Counted from the first letter of the stretch, positions 39,972 through 50,714 are shown. The stretch is 64,000 bases of DNA from Nitrosopumilus sp. (GCA_965214775.1 OZ243974.1:1792001-1856000); one strand, 5' to 3'. Notes: generated by a model not told the origin, from the letters alone. Program-made: numbers and translations.

Positions 39972-41546
39972 TTTCTTTGTCTGAATCCTTGGAACAGACA
40001 CTGATCTGCTTTTGGAATATTTGTCGATAATTTCGTCCGGCGTTCTGCCGTTGAACAGATCCTTGCACAATCCCCTGAGATATCTCATAATGGCCCAGGT
40101 TCCTGCCTTTAGAATTCCATACATGAATACCTTCATTGGAGGCCCATAGGTCTTGTTTCTCAAGATAATCGGAATGATGTCGTTGATTACCCTCAGATTG
40201 TTTTCCCAGCATTTCCAAAACAACGTAAACTGTGCCTCGTTTAGGTTTCCAAAGTGCATTGAATTTTTTTCGCTGAAATCTTGGTAAAGCAGCGGTGCTA
40301 CCAGTCCCCTGAAATCCATCGCTCTAAAGTCACTCATCATGTCAATCGTGTGCTGAATGTCATCCGGTGTCTCGTCAGGCCATCCTATGATGATGGTGGC
40401 AGCTGGGAACCAGTGGTTTTCATTTAAAATTCTGGCGCCTTCCCTGACCACGCTTCCCCATTCTTCGGGAGCAAACGGCTTTGTTTTTACACCAAGATGC
40501 TTCTTTACCATGTCTGGCGCAACCGTTTCGATTCCCAAATTGGTTGCAAGCCATCTGCCAGATTTGTGTTGGTTGTTAATTTCCGCAATGTTGTGCATTA
40601 GCTGGGGATCTGCTGCAACTGCTGAAAATGTCATGTGTGTGGTTCCGACAAAGTTTGCCCCAAGTCCCTTCAGTCCTTTCCACAAATCCGTAATTGCATC
40701 CCTGTTTGGAACAAAGTCCCTGTTGTCGCATCCGTATAGCAGCATTTCATCAGAATGCAGCCATACCGAATCAAACCCGTAATCTAGGTTGATCTTTGCC
40801 TCATGCTGCAACCTCTCTGGGGGGAGATCCTTTTTTGATCTTTTGTTCACGTCGCAAAAGTCGCAACCCCTTCCGCACCCTCTCATCGCCTCGATAAGGG
40901 AGTTAATCGTCGGACCCTCGATAACTGGAATATTCTCGAGGTTTCTGACAAAACAATGCATCAGTTCCGGCGCGTCGCCTTGCTCCAAATCTTGGAACAA
41001 GTCCACTGCCAATTCATCGGCCTCCCCCACTACAACCGTGTCAAGTCCGTGAATCCTCATTCTGTCTGATTTTGCCAGTTCCCATGCGCCGTTACCGCCA
41101 ACTACCACCTTGAAATCATGCTTTTTCTTCAGCTGGATAATGCTTGCGCACATCTTTTTGAATTTCATCGCAACATAGGATAGTTTTTCAGGCGACATTG
41201 TTGTTGTAACCGGTGCCATTCCCAACGGATCCATTACATTGATTCCGACAACCCTCGTATCCGGACCAATCGATTTGTGCAGCATCTCCGGATGTGCCAT
41301 GAAGACGTCCTCTCTTTTGTATCCGCCCTGCAACAGCGAACTCTCAACACGTCTTAATCCGACCTGGGCAACTCTGACTTGGCCGGTAGCCGGATCTGTC
41401 TCTACTGAGGGACAAAACACCTTGTCAAAAACCCATTCTGGGAGCACCTCGTACGGACCGCATGCGATGAATCCGTAGAGAAAATTCCCCCTGTAGTTTG
41501 TCATCAGGCTGCGATCAGCAGTAAGTACGATGCGTTTGCCGGCCAA
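39966..41546 (-). CDS. B12-binding-domain radical SAM protein
   Basis: RGCGRGCDFC (CxxxCxxC); VVVGG…VVVGEAD. Confidence 0.92.
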   Translation of the reverse strand: MAGKRIVLTADRSLMTNYRGNFLYGFIACGPYEVLPEWVFDKVFCPSVETDPATGQVRVAQVGLRRVESSLLQGGYKREDVFMAHPEMLHKSIGPDTRVVGINVMDPLGMAPVTTTMSPEKLSYVAMKFKKMCASIIQLKKKHDFKVVVGGNGAWELAKSDRMRIHGLDTVVVGEADELAVDLFQDLEQGDAPELMHCFVRNLENIPVIEGPTINSLIEAMRGCGRGCDFCDVNKRSKKDLPPERLQHEAKINLDYGFDSVWLHSDEMLLYGCDNRDFVPNRDAITDLWKGLKGLGANFVGTTHMTFSAVAADPQLMHNIAEINNQHKSGRWLATNLGIETVAPDMVKKHLGVKTKPFAPEEWGSVVREGARILNENHWFPAATIIIGWPDETPDDIQHTIDMMSDFRAMDFRGLVAPLLYQDFSEKNSMHFGNLNEAQFTLFWKCWENNLRVINDIIPIILRNKTYGPPMKVFMYGILKAGTWAIMRYLRGLCKDLFNGRTPDEIIDKYSKSRSVSVPRIQTKKL

Positions 41547-41623
41547 CTACACAACTTCATCAAGGTATGTATATATCGTTTACGAGGATGCCAGCCCGGC
41601 CACGACGATCTTTCAGGGGAATC

Positions 41624-42397
41624 CTATCTTTTTCTAATTGAACGGTTTGCAATATTTGCGGCAATTCCTCCGGCTGCAATGCCATTGTCAATGTTGACCA
41701 CTGACAATCCTAGCGAACAGCTCTGCAACATTGATGCAAGCGCTGCAATTCCTTTTTGGCCGTATCCGTATCCTACAGACGTGGGGATTCCGATTGTCGG
41801 AATGTCCACCAGTGCGGAGACCAGCGTTGCCAGCGCCCCCTCCATTCCAGCTGCAACAATGATGCAGTCTACCTCCTGATCTACCATCTTTTTTAATTCT
41901 GGAAAAATTCTTTGAATCCCGGCAACCCCGACGTCATAGCCTGTGATGCATTTACAGTTCATTGCCTCGCACATCAGCCTTGATTCTTCGGCAACGCCGA
42001 TGTCTGAGGTGCCTGCAGTCAAAATTCCGACCTTTCCGCCATCTTGTCTGATGGCCTTTTTATAAAGCAAAAGCGAGGAGGAATTCTTGCCTGTCTTTAC
42101 CTTGACTTTTAATTTTTTTGAATATTCCTTGATCTTTGGATAATCGCTTTTCTTGAGTCTGGAAACCATTACTGCGTTTGATTTTTCCAGGACTCTTTTT
42201 GCAATCTTTTTAATCTCGTCCAATTCCTTTGTCTCGGCAAAAACCACCTCTGGAATTCCTCTTCTGCCCTGTCTTCTGATGTCTATCTTGGCAAACCCCT
42301 CTATTTGCTCAATTGAGTGTAACGAAAGTAATTTTTTTGCCTGATTGACCGTGATTTTGTTTTCCTTTAACGACTCGAGGATTTTTTCGACATCCAA
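41624..42397 (-). CDS. larB: Nickel-pincer cofactor biosynthesis protein LarB
   Basis: PEVVFAETK, AGTSDIGVAEE, DVGVAG, AGMEGAL, PTSVGYG, VVNIDNG. Confidence 0.93.
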   Translation of the reverse strand: MDVEKILESLKENKITVNQAKKLLSLHSIEQIEGFAKIDIRRQGRRGIPEVVFAETKELDEIKKIAKRVLEKSNAVMVSRLKKSDYPKIKEYSKKLKVKVKTGKNSSSLLLYKKAIRQDGGKVGILTAGTSDIGVAEESRLMCEAMNCKCITGYDVGVAGIQRIFPELKKMVDQEVDCIIVAAGMEGALATLVSALVDIPTIGIPTSVGYGYGQKGIAALASMLQSCSLGLSVVNIDNGIAAGGIAANIANRSIRKR

Positions 42398-42430
42398 TGC
42401 ATTTTGTAGGGCTATTGAATAAAAAAATGC

Positions 42431-43360
42431 TTAGATCTCCATTCCGGAAATTGCGCCCTTGACGCTGTCTACTGCCCTCCCAAAGGCCTGTCTTTCTTCA
42501 TCGTTAAGATCCAGCTCGATGATCCTCTCTACCCCGTTTTTTCCAATCACGGCAGGAACCCCCATTGTGACCTTGGAGTGGCCGTACTCCCCGTCAAGGT
42601 ACGTTGCGACAGGAACCACCTGCTTTTTGTCCCTGACAACTGATTCTAAAATTGCCGAAACTGCATTTCCCGGCGCGTGAACCGTTGCGCCCTTTGATTC
42701 GATTACTCTGGCAGCTACCTGCCTTGTGCTCTGAACCAGCTCGTCCAACTTTTCTTTTGGCAGCAACGACGATAGTGGAATTCCGGAGACTGACGAGAAT
42801 CTTGGCAGTGGCAGCATGTTCTCTCCGTGCTCGCCAATCACCAGGGCTCTGATGGAATCCCTCGAATGCCCGGTTGCCTCGTGAATGAACTGTATGAATC
42901 TTGACAAATCCAGCATTCCCCCCATTCCAAACACCCTGCTTCTTTCAAATCCTGAAACCTTGTAGGCGATGTATGCCATTGGATCCAGCGGATTTGTGAC
43001 GGGAATGATCATCGAATCGCCTGCATATCTTCTGATGTTTTCTACAACACTCTTTACGATTGATGCGTTAGTCTTCAACAAATCCATCCTGGTCATTCCC
43101 GGTTTTCTTCCAGAACCTGCAACTACTACGACTGCGTTGGAACCCTTCATGTCTGCAAAGTCGTTTGAGCCCCTCACCTCGACATCGATTCCCTGCTCAG
43201 ATAACACGTGGTTGATATCCATGGCCTCTCCCTGGGGGAGCCCCTCTGCGACATCTAGCAGCAAAATTTGATCATCTAGCCGTCTTAATGCCGAAAACAA
43301 TGCGGCATCCCCGCCTACCTTGCCTGAACCCACTATGGTAATCATAAGGTTGGCTGCCAA
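42431..43360 (-). CDS. mdh: Malate dehydrogenase (LDH-like)
   Basis: [31 protein letters not shown]. Confidence 0.93.
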   Translation of the reverse strand: MAANLMITIVGSGKVGGDAALFSALRRLDDQILLLDVAEGLPQGEAMDINHVLSEQGIDVEVRGSNDFADMKGSNAVVVVAGSGRKPGMTRMDLLKTNASIVKSVVENIRRYAGDSMIIPVTNPLDPMAYIAYKVSGFERSRVFGMGGMLDLSRFIQFIHEATGHSRDSIRALVIGEHGENMLPLPRFSSVSGIPLSSLLPKEKLDELVQSTRQVAARVIESKGATVHAPGNAVSAILESVVRDKKQVVPVATYLDGEYGHSKVTMGVPAVIGKNGVERIIELDLNDEERQAFGRAVDSVKGAISGMEI

Positions 43361-43434
43361 CCCTCAATAATTAAATCTAATGAAGCCAGAATCCGATCAG
43401 GCGAATTTATAAGCATTTTTGCAGTTTTTAAATT

Positions 43435-44673
43435 ATGGTACTGGTCATTGATCCTCAGATTGCCGGAATCTCTGGAGACATGCTGCTGTCTTCGTTGGTG
43501 GATCTTGGCGCCGATAAAAACAAAATCATAGACGGAATAAGGAAATCCCAAAGATTCCTGCCAAACTCCACAATTAATGAAATTCGTTTTACAAAAGTAA
43601 CAAAGCGGGGCATTCATGCCACTCAGCTGAAATTGGAAATTGACGAAGACGTTCATGAACGCAGAGGATCTGAGATCAGAAACGCCATCTCTGACTCGGC
43701 CGAACTAATCGGACTGTCTTCGAAGGGAAAATCCTTTGCTGAATCCTGCATTGACGCACTGATTCTATCCGAATCAAAGATCCACGGAATTCCTGCAGAT
43801 TCCGTACATTTTCATGAGGCCTCAAGCATGGACACTCTGGTGGACATTCTTGGAACTGCCGTTGCCTTGGAAGACCTTGGAATCTTGGATGAAAAGGTCC
43901 TGTGTCTGCCGGTTGCAGTTGGAGGGGGATCTGTGACTTTTTCTCATGGCACCATGTCCAATCCTGCAAGTGCCATCCTGGAAATTTTCAAAAATTCCTC
44001 GTTAAAAATTCAAGGAGACCCCTCGGCAGGCGAACTGACAACGCCCACCGGGGCCTGCATCTTATCAAGCCTGTCTAACAACAACTTTGTTGATTGCTAC
44101 CCGAAAATGAAAATCGAATCTGTCGGATACGGCGCCGGCCAAAGAGACTTTGAAAATTTCTCCAATGTGCTGAAAATCGTACGCGGAACGCAGAACGAAC
44201 TGGGTGTTGATTCTGTTAAAATTCTCGAGACAAACGTTGATGACGTATCTGGAGAAATCCTGGGAAACCTGATTGAAAAGTTAATGGGCAAGGGCGCCAA
44301 AGACGTCTCAATTTATCCTGGAATCACGAAAAAAGGCCGACCAACAAATCTTGTAAGGACAATCTGCGACGAGCAGAAAGTCGAATCACTGGCCGATACC
44401 CTGATTCACGAGACAGGAACTCTGGGGGTTCGCATATCTGAATCAAGGCGCCTTGTCGTTCCAAGATCCGTCCATTCGGCCAGGGTGAGCATATCTGGCC
44501 GGACGTTTGAAGTAAATTATAAAAAGTCATCCTTTAAGGGAAGGGATGATCTAAAGATAGAATTTGATGATCTGAAAACCGTCTCAAACAGCGTGTCCAA
44601 GTCCATCAAAGATACCGAATCAATATTAAGAAAAAAAATAGAGGAAATCGGGGATGCAGATGAGCCGTCTTGA
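43435..44673 (+). CDS. larC: Nickel-pincer cofactor nickel insertase LarC
   Basis: GISGDM, VHFHE, GELTTPTGA, ETNVDD, KKGRP, ETGTLGVR; single uninterrupted frame. Confidence 0.93.
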   Translation: MVLVIDPQIAGISGDMLLSSLVDLGADKNKIIDGIRKSQRFLPNSTINEIRFTKVTKRGIHATQLKLEIDEDVHERRGSEIRNAISDSAELIGLSSKGKSFAESCIDALILSESKIHGIPADSVHFHEASSMDTLVDILGTAVALEDLGILDEKVLCLPVAVGGGSVTFSHGTMSNPASAILEIFKNSSLKIQGDPSAGELTTPTGACILSSLSNNNFVDCYPKMKIESVGYGAGQRDFENFSNVLKIVRGTQNELGVDSVKILETNVDDVSGEILGNLIEKLMGKGAKDVSIYPGITKKGRPTNLVRTICDEQKVESLADTLIHETGTLGVRISESRRLVVPRSVHSARVSISGRTFEVNYKKSSFKGRDDLKIEFDDLKTVSNSVSKSIKDTESILRKKIEEIGDADEPS

Positions 44674-45460
44674 TGATCTGATTGACTGGTTTGATCCCGG
44701 ATCAAAGGTAATGGTCGCTCTTTCAGGGGGGGTTGATAGCGGATTGGTTGCCTATGCGGCATTCCAAAGATTAAAGGCCGGCGCCATGGCAGTCACTGCC
44801 GATTACAAGACTCTCTCAAAGGAGGAATTGGATTCTGCAAAAGACGTATGCGGGGAAATCGGAATCTCACACATCCTTTTGGATTATAATGAACTAGAAA
44901 ACGGGGATTTTGTCAGAAACGGTTCTGACCGATGCTTTCATTGCAGATCAGAACTGGGCTCTCATCTGACCAGTCTGGCAAGAGAGCATGGCGTCGATGT
45001 CATTGTTGATGGGACAAACGTTGATGACTTGGGCGACTACAGGCCCGGGATTGAGGCCCTAAAACGGCATCAAATCAAGAGTCCTCTTGTCGAGACAAAC
45101 TTTACAAAAAGCGAGATTCGAGAGTGCGCAAGGTCTGTCGGGCTGTCGGTTTTTGACAGGCCCTCCAACTCCTGTCTGGCCTCTAGAATTCCGTGGGGCC
45201 AGAGAGTGACCGCTGAGAAATTGGTTCGGATTGAAACGGCAGAGACAGTTGTAAAACAGCTGACCGGCCTCAGGCAGGTACGCGTTCGTGACATGGACGG
45301 CCATGCAAAAATCGAGGTCGAGGCAGACGGCGTCTCCCTCCTTGAGGATTCCGTGTTGTTGGAGCAGCTGTCCGAAAAGTTGAGGATGATCGGATTCACC
45401 GGGGTCAAGGTGGATCCGGAAGGATACAAGCCGGGAAAAATCAACGTGATTGCGGATTGA
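44660..45460 (+). CDS. larE: ATP-dependent sulfur transferase LarE
   Basis: SGGVDS PP-loop, RCFHCR, DYRPG, SCLASRIP, QVRVR. Confidence 0.93.
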   Translation: MSRLDDLIDWFDPGSKVMVALSGGVDSGLVAYAAFQRLKAGAMAVTADYKTLSKEELDSAKDVCGEIGISHILLDYNELENGDFVRNGSDRCFHCRSELGSHLTSLAREHGVDVIVDGTNVDDLGDYRPGIEALKRHQIKSPLVETNFTKSEIRECARSVGLSVFDRPSNSCLASRIPWGQRVTAEKLVRIETAETVVKQLTGLRQVRVRDMDGHAKIEVEADGVSLLEDSVLLEQLSEKLRMIGFTGVKVDPEGYKPGKINVIAD

Positions 45461-46620
45461 TCTATCTTGATAATGCCGCATCGACCCGGATCCATGACGA
45501 TGTGATTGACTCGATGCTTCCGTTTTTCAGGGAACAATTTGGAAACCCCTCCTCTGTTCATCGATACGGGAGGCAATCAAGAAGGGCAGTTGAAAAGGCC
45601 AGAAAGCAGATTGCCTTGTTGATTAATGCCGAGCCGTCTGAAATCCTGATCACTTCGGGGGGAACAGAGTCAAACACGACTGCCTTGCATGGGCTGGTCT
45701 CAAAGTCGCCCAAAGGAAAAGTCATAACCTCCTCTATCGAACACGATGCAATTTTAGAACCGTGTAAAAAATTAAGAGAAAGCGGCGGTCTTGATCTGGA
45801 ATACCTGCCGGTAGATGGCTCTGGAATAGTCAGGCCCTCCTCCCTGGAACAAAAAATTTCCGATGACACCCTGCTTGTCTCAGTAATGCTTGCAAATAAC
45901 GAGATTGGCACCGTTCAGCCTGTCTCTGAGCTTGCCAAAATTTCCCATTCCCGTAACGTTCCCTTTCATACTGATGCAGTACAGGCAGCAGGAAAAGTGC
46001 ATATTGATGTCAAGGCAATGGGCATTGACCTTCTTTCAATCTCCTCTCACAAGCTTTACGGTCCCAAAGGCGTGGGCGCACTGTATGTTCGAAAGGGATT
46101 GGAGATCGATCCTGTGATGCTGGGCGGTGGCCAGGAGCACGGATTGCGCTCTGGCACTGAAAACGTGGCCGGCATAGTTGGCTTTGGAAGGGCCTGCGAA
46201 ATTGCAAGAACCAACCTTGACTCAAACATCTCTAAAATGCTTTGCCTGCGTGACAGTCTGATTCGGAGGGTAACTGATGAAATTCCCAAGGTTACGGTTA
46301 ATGGCGATCTCAAATCCCGACTGCCCAACAACGCGCATTTTACATTCCTGGGCGTTAACGGCGAGGATTTGATTCTCAAACTCGACGAGCATGGAGTTGC
46401 AGCATCTACCGGCTCTGCGTGCTCTGTCAATACCCAAAAGGCATCACACGTATTGCAGGCAATGGGGCTTTCCCACGAGAAGATTGCCGGCTCGCTTAGG
46501 TTGACGATTGGTGTCTTTAACACTCGGGATGACATTGATAAGACCGTTGTTTTGCTAAAACGGATTGTTAGGGAACTGCGGGATGTCTCGCCATTCAAAG
46601 ACAAGTACTCGTTTTCGTAA
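45457..46620 (+). CDS. iscS: Cysteine desulfurase (IscS/NifS type)
   Basis: YLDNAAST, TSGGTESN, HTDAVQ, SSHKLYGPKG, STGSAC. Confidence 0.94.
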   Translation: MIYLDNAASTRIHDDVIDSMLPFFREQFGNPSSVHRYGRQSRRAVEKARKQIALLINAEPSEILITSGGTESNTTALHGLVSKSPKGKVITSSIEHDAILEPCKKLRESGGLDLEYLPVDGSGIVRPSSLEQKISDDTLLVSVMLANNEIGTVQPVSELAKISHSRNVPFHTDAVQAAGKVHIDVKAMGIDLLSISSHKLYGPKGVGALYVRKGLEIDPVMLGGGQEHGLRSGTENVAGIVGFGRACEIARTNLDSNISKMLCLRDSLIRRVTDEIPKVTVNGDLKSRLPNNAHFTFLGVNGEDLILKLDEHGVAASTGSACSVNTQKASHVLQAMGLSHEKIAGSLRLTIGVFNTRDDIDKTVVLLKRIVRELRDVSPFKDKYSFS

Positions 46621-46625
46621 AAAAA

Positions 46626-47441
46626 TCAGACTCTTGTTTGCAGCCTGTCTCTTGTTGTTAGCATTGTGATGATGACAATAATTCCGACAGCCAGGATCAT
46701 CGCTGTTGTGACTGCTCCAAATTCTGGAACAACGTACGTCCCAATAACCTCAATGTCCGAATCCCCCTGCTCAAAATTGATTGTTATTACTCTTGAATCT
46801 GAATGTAACGCTGATTCCTGGTGTGCCACCTCGATTCCGTCAATTAGTATGATGAATGTATCGTCCTTGCCATCCTGTTTTTCGGCTCCGATGAATTCCC
46901 TTGGAAGATCCAACGAAATGGTGCCCTCGTCAGTAGAGCTTATCTGGACAACTAGCGCAAAGGTATCCGAATCTACTGCCATGTCTCTGACTGTCCCCCC
47001 CTTGATTGTATATTCCACATCAAAGGTTCCATGACTTCCCGCATCTACCTCGAAAATCGTCGTAGTTTGAACCGCCTCTGACTTTGACGTATAGTCAAAA
47101 TATGATTCTGCGATGTTCCCCTCCCCGTATGAGACTCTCACCAGATAGTCTCCTGACTTGTTCCATAATGGGCCTTCTGCAATGATCGTGTGGGAATAGC
47201 TGCCGTCTTGGGCAACTGTGATTTGAGCAATATCTACGAGATTACCTTCGGTAAAAAGCTGAAGTGTTATTGGGGTTGCCCCTATTACGGTACTGACTTG
47301 GCCTGAAATTACAATTGTGTCCTCCTCGTCATAGTTGTTGTCATCTGTCTGGACTGAAATCAGTGATTCTTGTGCAAATGCACCTCCTGTGGAGACTGCC
47401 AAAAACGCCAAAAGAACTATTCCATGAATTCTAAATCCCAC
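46626..47441 (-). CDS. PEFG-CTERM sorting-domain surface protein 1
   Basis: Signal peptide from probable GTG 47441; VVPEFG plus TM plus basic tail. Confidence 0.9.
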   Translation of the reverse strand: MGFRIHGIVLLAFLAVSTGGAFAQESLISVQTDDNNYDEEDTIVISGQVSTVIGATPITLQLFTEGNLVDIAQITVAQDGSYSHTIIAEGPLWNKSGDYLVRVSYGEGNIAESYFDYTSKSEAVQTTTIFEVDAGSHGTFDVEYTIKGGTVRDMAVDSDTFALVVQISSTDEGTISLDLPREFIGAEKQDGKDDTFIILIDGIEVAHQESALHSDSRVITINFEQGDSDIEVIGTYVVPEFGAVTTAMILAVGIIVIITMLTTRDRLQTRV

Positions 47442-47511
47442 AAAATTTTCTACGCGTGTATGTATATTTCCTTTACTATCAGAAATGAAAAAATGAAAAA
47501 AGATGTGGTTT

Positions 47512-48408
47512 TTAGAATCTTCTTGGAACAATGCTGAGTCCTGATCTTGCAGAGATTGCAACTATTGATATGATTGCAACTGCTAGAACCATGACTGCGA
47601 TTGTGCCAAATTCTGGGACTACAAAGGTACCTATTATTTCAATCTCTTCGGCGCCTGCTGGGAACATCACTGTGATTTTTTCTCCAGCGATTTCAGAATC
47701 ATCCCACTCTTCCCCGTCGACAAGTACCATGAAGGCACCGTCCAAGGTTGTCTTTTTTGGTGATACTGTTAGCATTCCATCTTCTTGGGCGTTGATACCA
47801 ATGACAATCGAATTATCATCAGAATTGACTGTTGCACCTGTTATCATTCCACCGGTTATGGTAAATGGTACACAATGACCGCCTACACTTAGCTCCATGC
47901 TCCTACATTGTCTGTCTGGAACATTGGGAGTGTCGTATGTTGGCGTATATGCAACTCCACCAGTAATCTCTACTTTTGCACTGTCTGCTTTTTCAGCGCT
48001 TCCATAGTTTGCCTTAATGGTGTAAGTACCGTCGTATTTCCACATTGCGCCTGCTGTGTTTAATGCTGTCTCAAAAGTTCCATCGTCAGAAACATTGACC
48101 TGGTCAACTGTGACGATTGAATTCAGAGGACTCACAACAGTAATTGTAACTGGAAATCCAGAGACTAGATTTGCTACATGTCCTTTTACCATGATCATGT
48201 CACTGTGGCCATAATCTGTTTTGTCAGTCCAAACAGATATTGGAATGTCCTCAAGAAGCATCTTTTCTGCTGCTTCCCTTGCATCCTCTATTGGGCATCC
48301 CACACATGGCTGTGGAAGATCTTCGACAGCATATGCTGATGACATGGCGGTTAAGGTACCGACTGCAGTCAAAACGGCTAGTAGCGCGAACGACGTACGG
48401 CTGTTCAT
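47512..48408 (-). CDS. PEFG-CTERM sorting-domain surface protein 2
   Basis: Signal peptide, PCVGC, VVPEFG plus TM tail. Confidence 0.92.
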   Translation of the reverse strand: MNSRTSFALLAVLTAVGTLTAMSSAYAVEDLPQPCVGCPIEDAREAAEKMLLEDIPISVWTDKTDYGHSDMIMVKGHVANLVSGFPVTITVVSPLNSIVTVDQVNVSDDGTFETALNTAGAMWKYDGTYTIKANYGSAEKADSAKVEITGGVAYTPTYDTPNVPDRQCRSMELSVGGHCVPFTITGGMITGATVNSDDNSIVIGINAQEDGMLTVSPKKTTLDGAFMVLVDGEEWDDSEIAGEKITVMFPAGAEEIEIIGTFVVPEFGTIAVMVLAVAIISIVAISARSGLSIVPRRF

Positions 48409-48469
48409 CTTGATGCGAATTGAACGTGTCTCTATTTATGTATTTTAAAAAGAGAAAAAAGTTGTGAAC

Positions 48470-49366
48470 TTAGTATCTTCTTGGAACAATGCTAAGTCTT
48501 GATTTTGCAGAGATTGCAACTATTGATATGATTGCAACTGCTAGAACCATGGCTGCGATTGCGCCGAATTCTGGAACCACGGTACCATCCAAGATGTCTA
48601 CCTCGATTGAATCGGCGTATTTTGGATCGTCAAATTGCTTTGCATTTACAGTATAGAAGCCATTTTCTTTCCATAGTGGCCCTCCAACTGTTATGACTTT
48701 CTCGAATTCCCCATCAAGCGATGGCGAAATCTGAGCTACTGTCACCACGTTTCCATTTGGAGCAACTATGGTTATTGTGATGTCCTGACTGACTCTGTCT
48801 GTAGTGCCAGAAACCGTAAACTCGTCAGATCCGTTTACAAACTGTGCCATGTCAAGCTCAAGCCCTGCATCTGTTGCAACATTTGGGTCTTCTGGATTTA
48901 CACCAAGAAATCCTGTGTCTAAATTAGATTCAGTTGCAGAAGTTCTTTCTGCCATGCCATCTGTTACTTCAACAAGAACGTCAAGGGTATACAATGAATT
49001 TTGCTGTACGCCTTGCATTGCAGTTATCTCGTAGAATCCGTTCTCTTTCCAAAGAGGTCCGATTTTGAATTCAACTGCAAAGTCTCCGTTTGCATCAGGT
49101 GAAATCTGCCCCAGGGACACTATGTTGTTACCGCTTGGAGATGTCACTCTAAATGTAATGTCTGTAACATCTGAGACCGTTTTGCCTGTAACCATAATGG
49201 TGTCGGATCCTTTATCAGCCGTAGCTGTAATTGACATTCCCATACTTTGAGCAAAAGCATCTTGTTGAATTGAAGTCGCTGAAATTAATGACACTGCTGC
49301 CATGAGGACTATTGCCGTCGATGTTGTTGTAGAACGTTTAAAATTCATCCTAATTGAACCCATCAT
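48470..49366 (-). CDS. PEFG-CTERM sorting-domain surface protein 3 (internal domain duplication)
   Basis: Two GPLWKENGFY-containing domains; VVPEFG plus TM tail. Confidence 0.92.
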   Translation of the reverse strand: MMGSIRMNFKRSTTTSTAIVLMAAVSLISATSIQQDAFAQSMGMSITATADKGSDTIMVTGKTVSDVTDITFRVTSPSGNNIVSLGQISPDANGDFAVEFKIGPLWKENGFYEITAMQGVQQNSLYTLDVLVEVTDGMAERTSATESNLDTGFLGVNPEDPNVATDAGLELDMAQFVNGSDEFTVSGTTDRVSQDITITIVAPNGNVVTVAQISPSLDGEFEKVITVGGPLWKENGFYTVNAKQFDDPKYADSIEVDILDGTVVPEFGAIAAMVLAVAIISIVAISAKSRLSIVPRRY

Positions 49367-49395
49367 TCTTGGTATTTATGTATATTCAAAAAGGA

Positions 49396-50714
49396 GGCGT
49401 TGTCCGGAATTTTTCCAGAAATCTACCGATAAGCTTATAGATCATAAGCGCAGGATGCGACAACCTTATGGATCATAGGATCGACGTCCCCGTATCAATG
49501 AAATCAAAGACCAACAAGAAGGAATCCAAGAAGGAATCCAAGAAGGAATCCAAGAAGGAATCCAAGAAGGAATCCAAGAAGGAATCCAAGAAGGAATCCA
49601 AGAAGGAATCCAGCAAGACCAGCAAGAAAAAAAAGTCAGAGTACACGAGACCTCCGGAATACTATGCCGAGTACGAGGAAAAAAGGAGAGAGGACAGCAA
49701 GAGGTGCGGCATCGGAATCAAAAAGATCCGCAAGATCCTCCTGTCCCTCCTCCATAACACAGAGCAAGAGGATGAAATTCCCTATCTTCTGTGCGTACTC
49801 GACATGGAGTACCGCGGAAACTCGTATCGCAGACACGTCGAATACATGGAGTCGAATCCTGGTTCAACTAACATGTACGGGCTCAAAAAGGTTCCGGCCA
49901 AGTCGACACTGCATGATGCAGCCGTAAGGATAGCTGCCTGGGACAAGTCGGTGCTAAGATCGGTACTCTCAGAACAGGCAGGCGCAGACGCCAGGGGAAC
50001 GTTGCTTGGCGACTCTAGCGGTTTCTCCATAATGAGATACCACACATGGGAGGACGCAAAGAAGGGCGTCATATCCAGGCAGATGTTTGCCAAGCTGCAC
50101 ATACTGTTGGCCCCGCACGGCAAGATTGCCGCCTGCGAGGTGACGCCGGGCGAATTCCATGATTCCCCGGTGTTCCGTAACGAGCTGCTACCGCAGGTTC
50201 CCAACGGCACAGGACACGTGATCCTGGATGCCGCATACGACTCGTATGAGAACTGCAGGGTCATAGCCGACGGAGGCAGAACCCCAGTGATATGTCCGCG
50301 TACAGGATATACGGTTCACGGGTTCAACGCCCGCTCCAAGATGCTAAGATGGCACAAAAAGGACCCCGAGGGATTCGAGAAGACGTACCACCAGCGCAGC
50401 CTCGTTGAGTCGGCCTTCTCGTCGATAAAGGCAAGGTTTGACTCCACGGTGCGCGCCATGTCGCTTCCGATGCAGTCGCTCAGGCTTACCCTCAAGGTAT
50501 TCTGCTACAATCTGGTCAGCTAGGATCCATAATGCCGGTACGGTGGAATCGTCCGGCTAGCGGATGCTATGCAGTATGACGTCAAAACACGGGCCATAAC
50601 TACACAATGCGGGCCGGAGTGCGGATTCGTCTCTATGTTTGCAGTCATTGCGCCATGATTTTGTACAAATCTCCCCGGAAATCACGTCCTAAAATCACGA
50701 TTCCGGACAACGCC
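49396..50714 (+). mobile_element. IS5-family element
   Basis: TIR GGCGTTGTCCGGAAT / ATTCCGGACAACGCC; 9-bp TSD CAAAAAGGA. Confidence 0.93.
49468..50523 (+). CDS. IS5-family DDE transposase with (KKES)8 repeat
   Basis: GDSSG, KLHI, LDAAYDS, YHQRSLVESAFSSIK; AAGAAGGAATCC x8 at 49516-49611. Confidence 0.92.
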   Translation: MDHRIDVPVSMKSKTNKKESKKESKKESKKESKKESKKESKKESKKESSKTSKKKKSEYTRPPEYYAEYEEKRREDSKRCGIGIKKIRKILLSLLHNTEQEDEIPYLLCVLDMEYRGNSYRRHVEYMESNPGSTNMYGLKKVPAKSTLHDAAVRIAAWDKSVLRSVLSEQAGADARGTLLGDSSGFSIMRYHTWEDAKKGVISRQMFAKLHILLAPHGKIAACEVTPGEFHDSPVFRNELLPQVPNGTGHVILDAAYDSYENCRVIADGGRTPVICPRTGYTVHGFNARSKMLRWHKKDPEGFEKTYHQRSLVESAFSSIKARFDSTVRAMSLPMQSLRLTLKVFCYNLVS

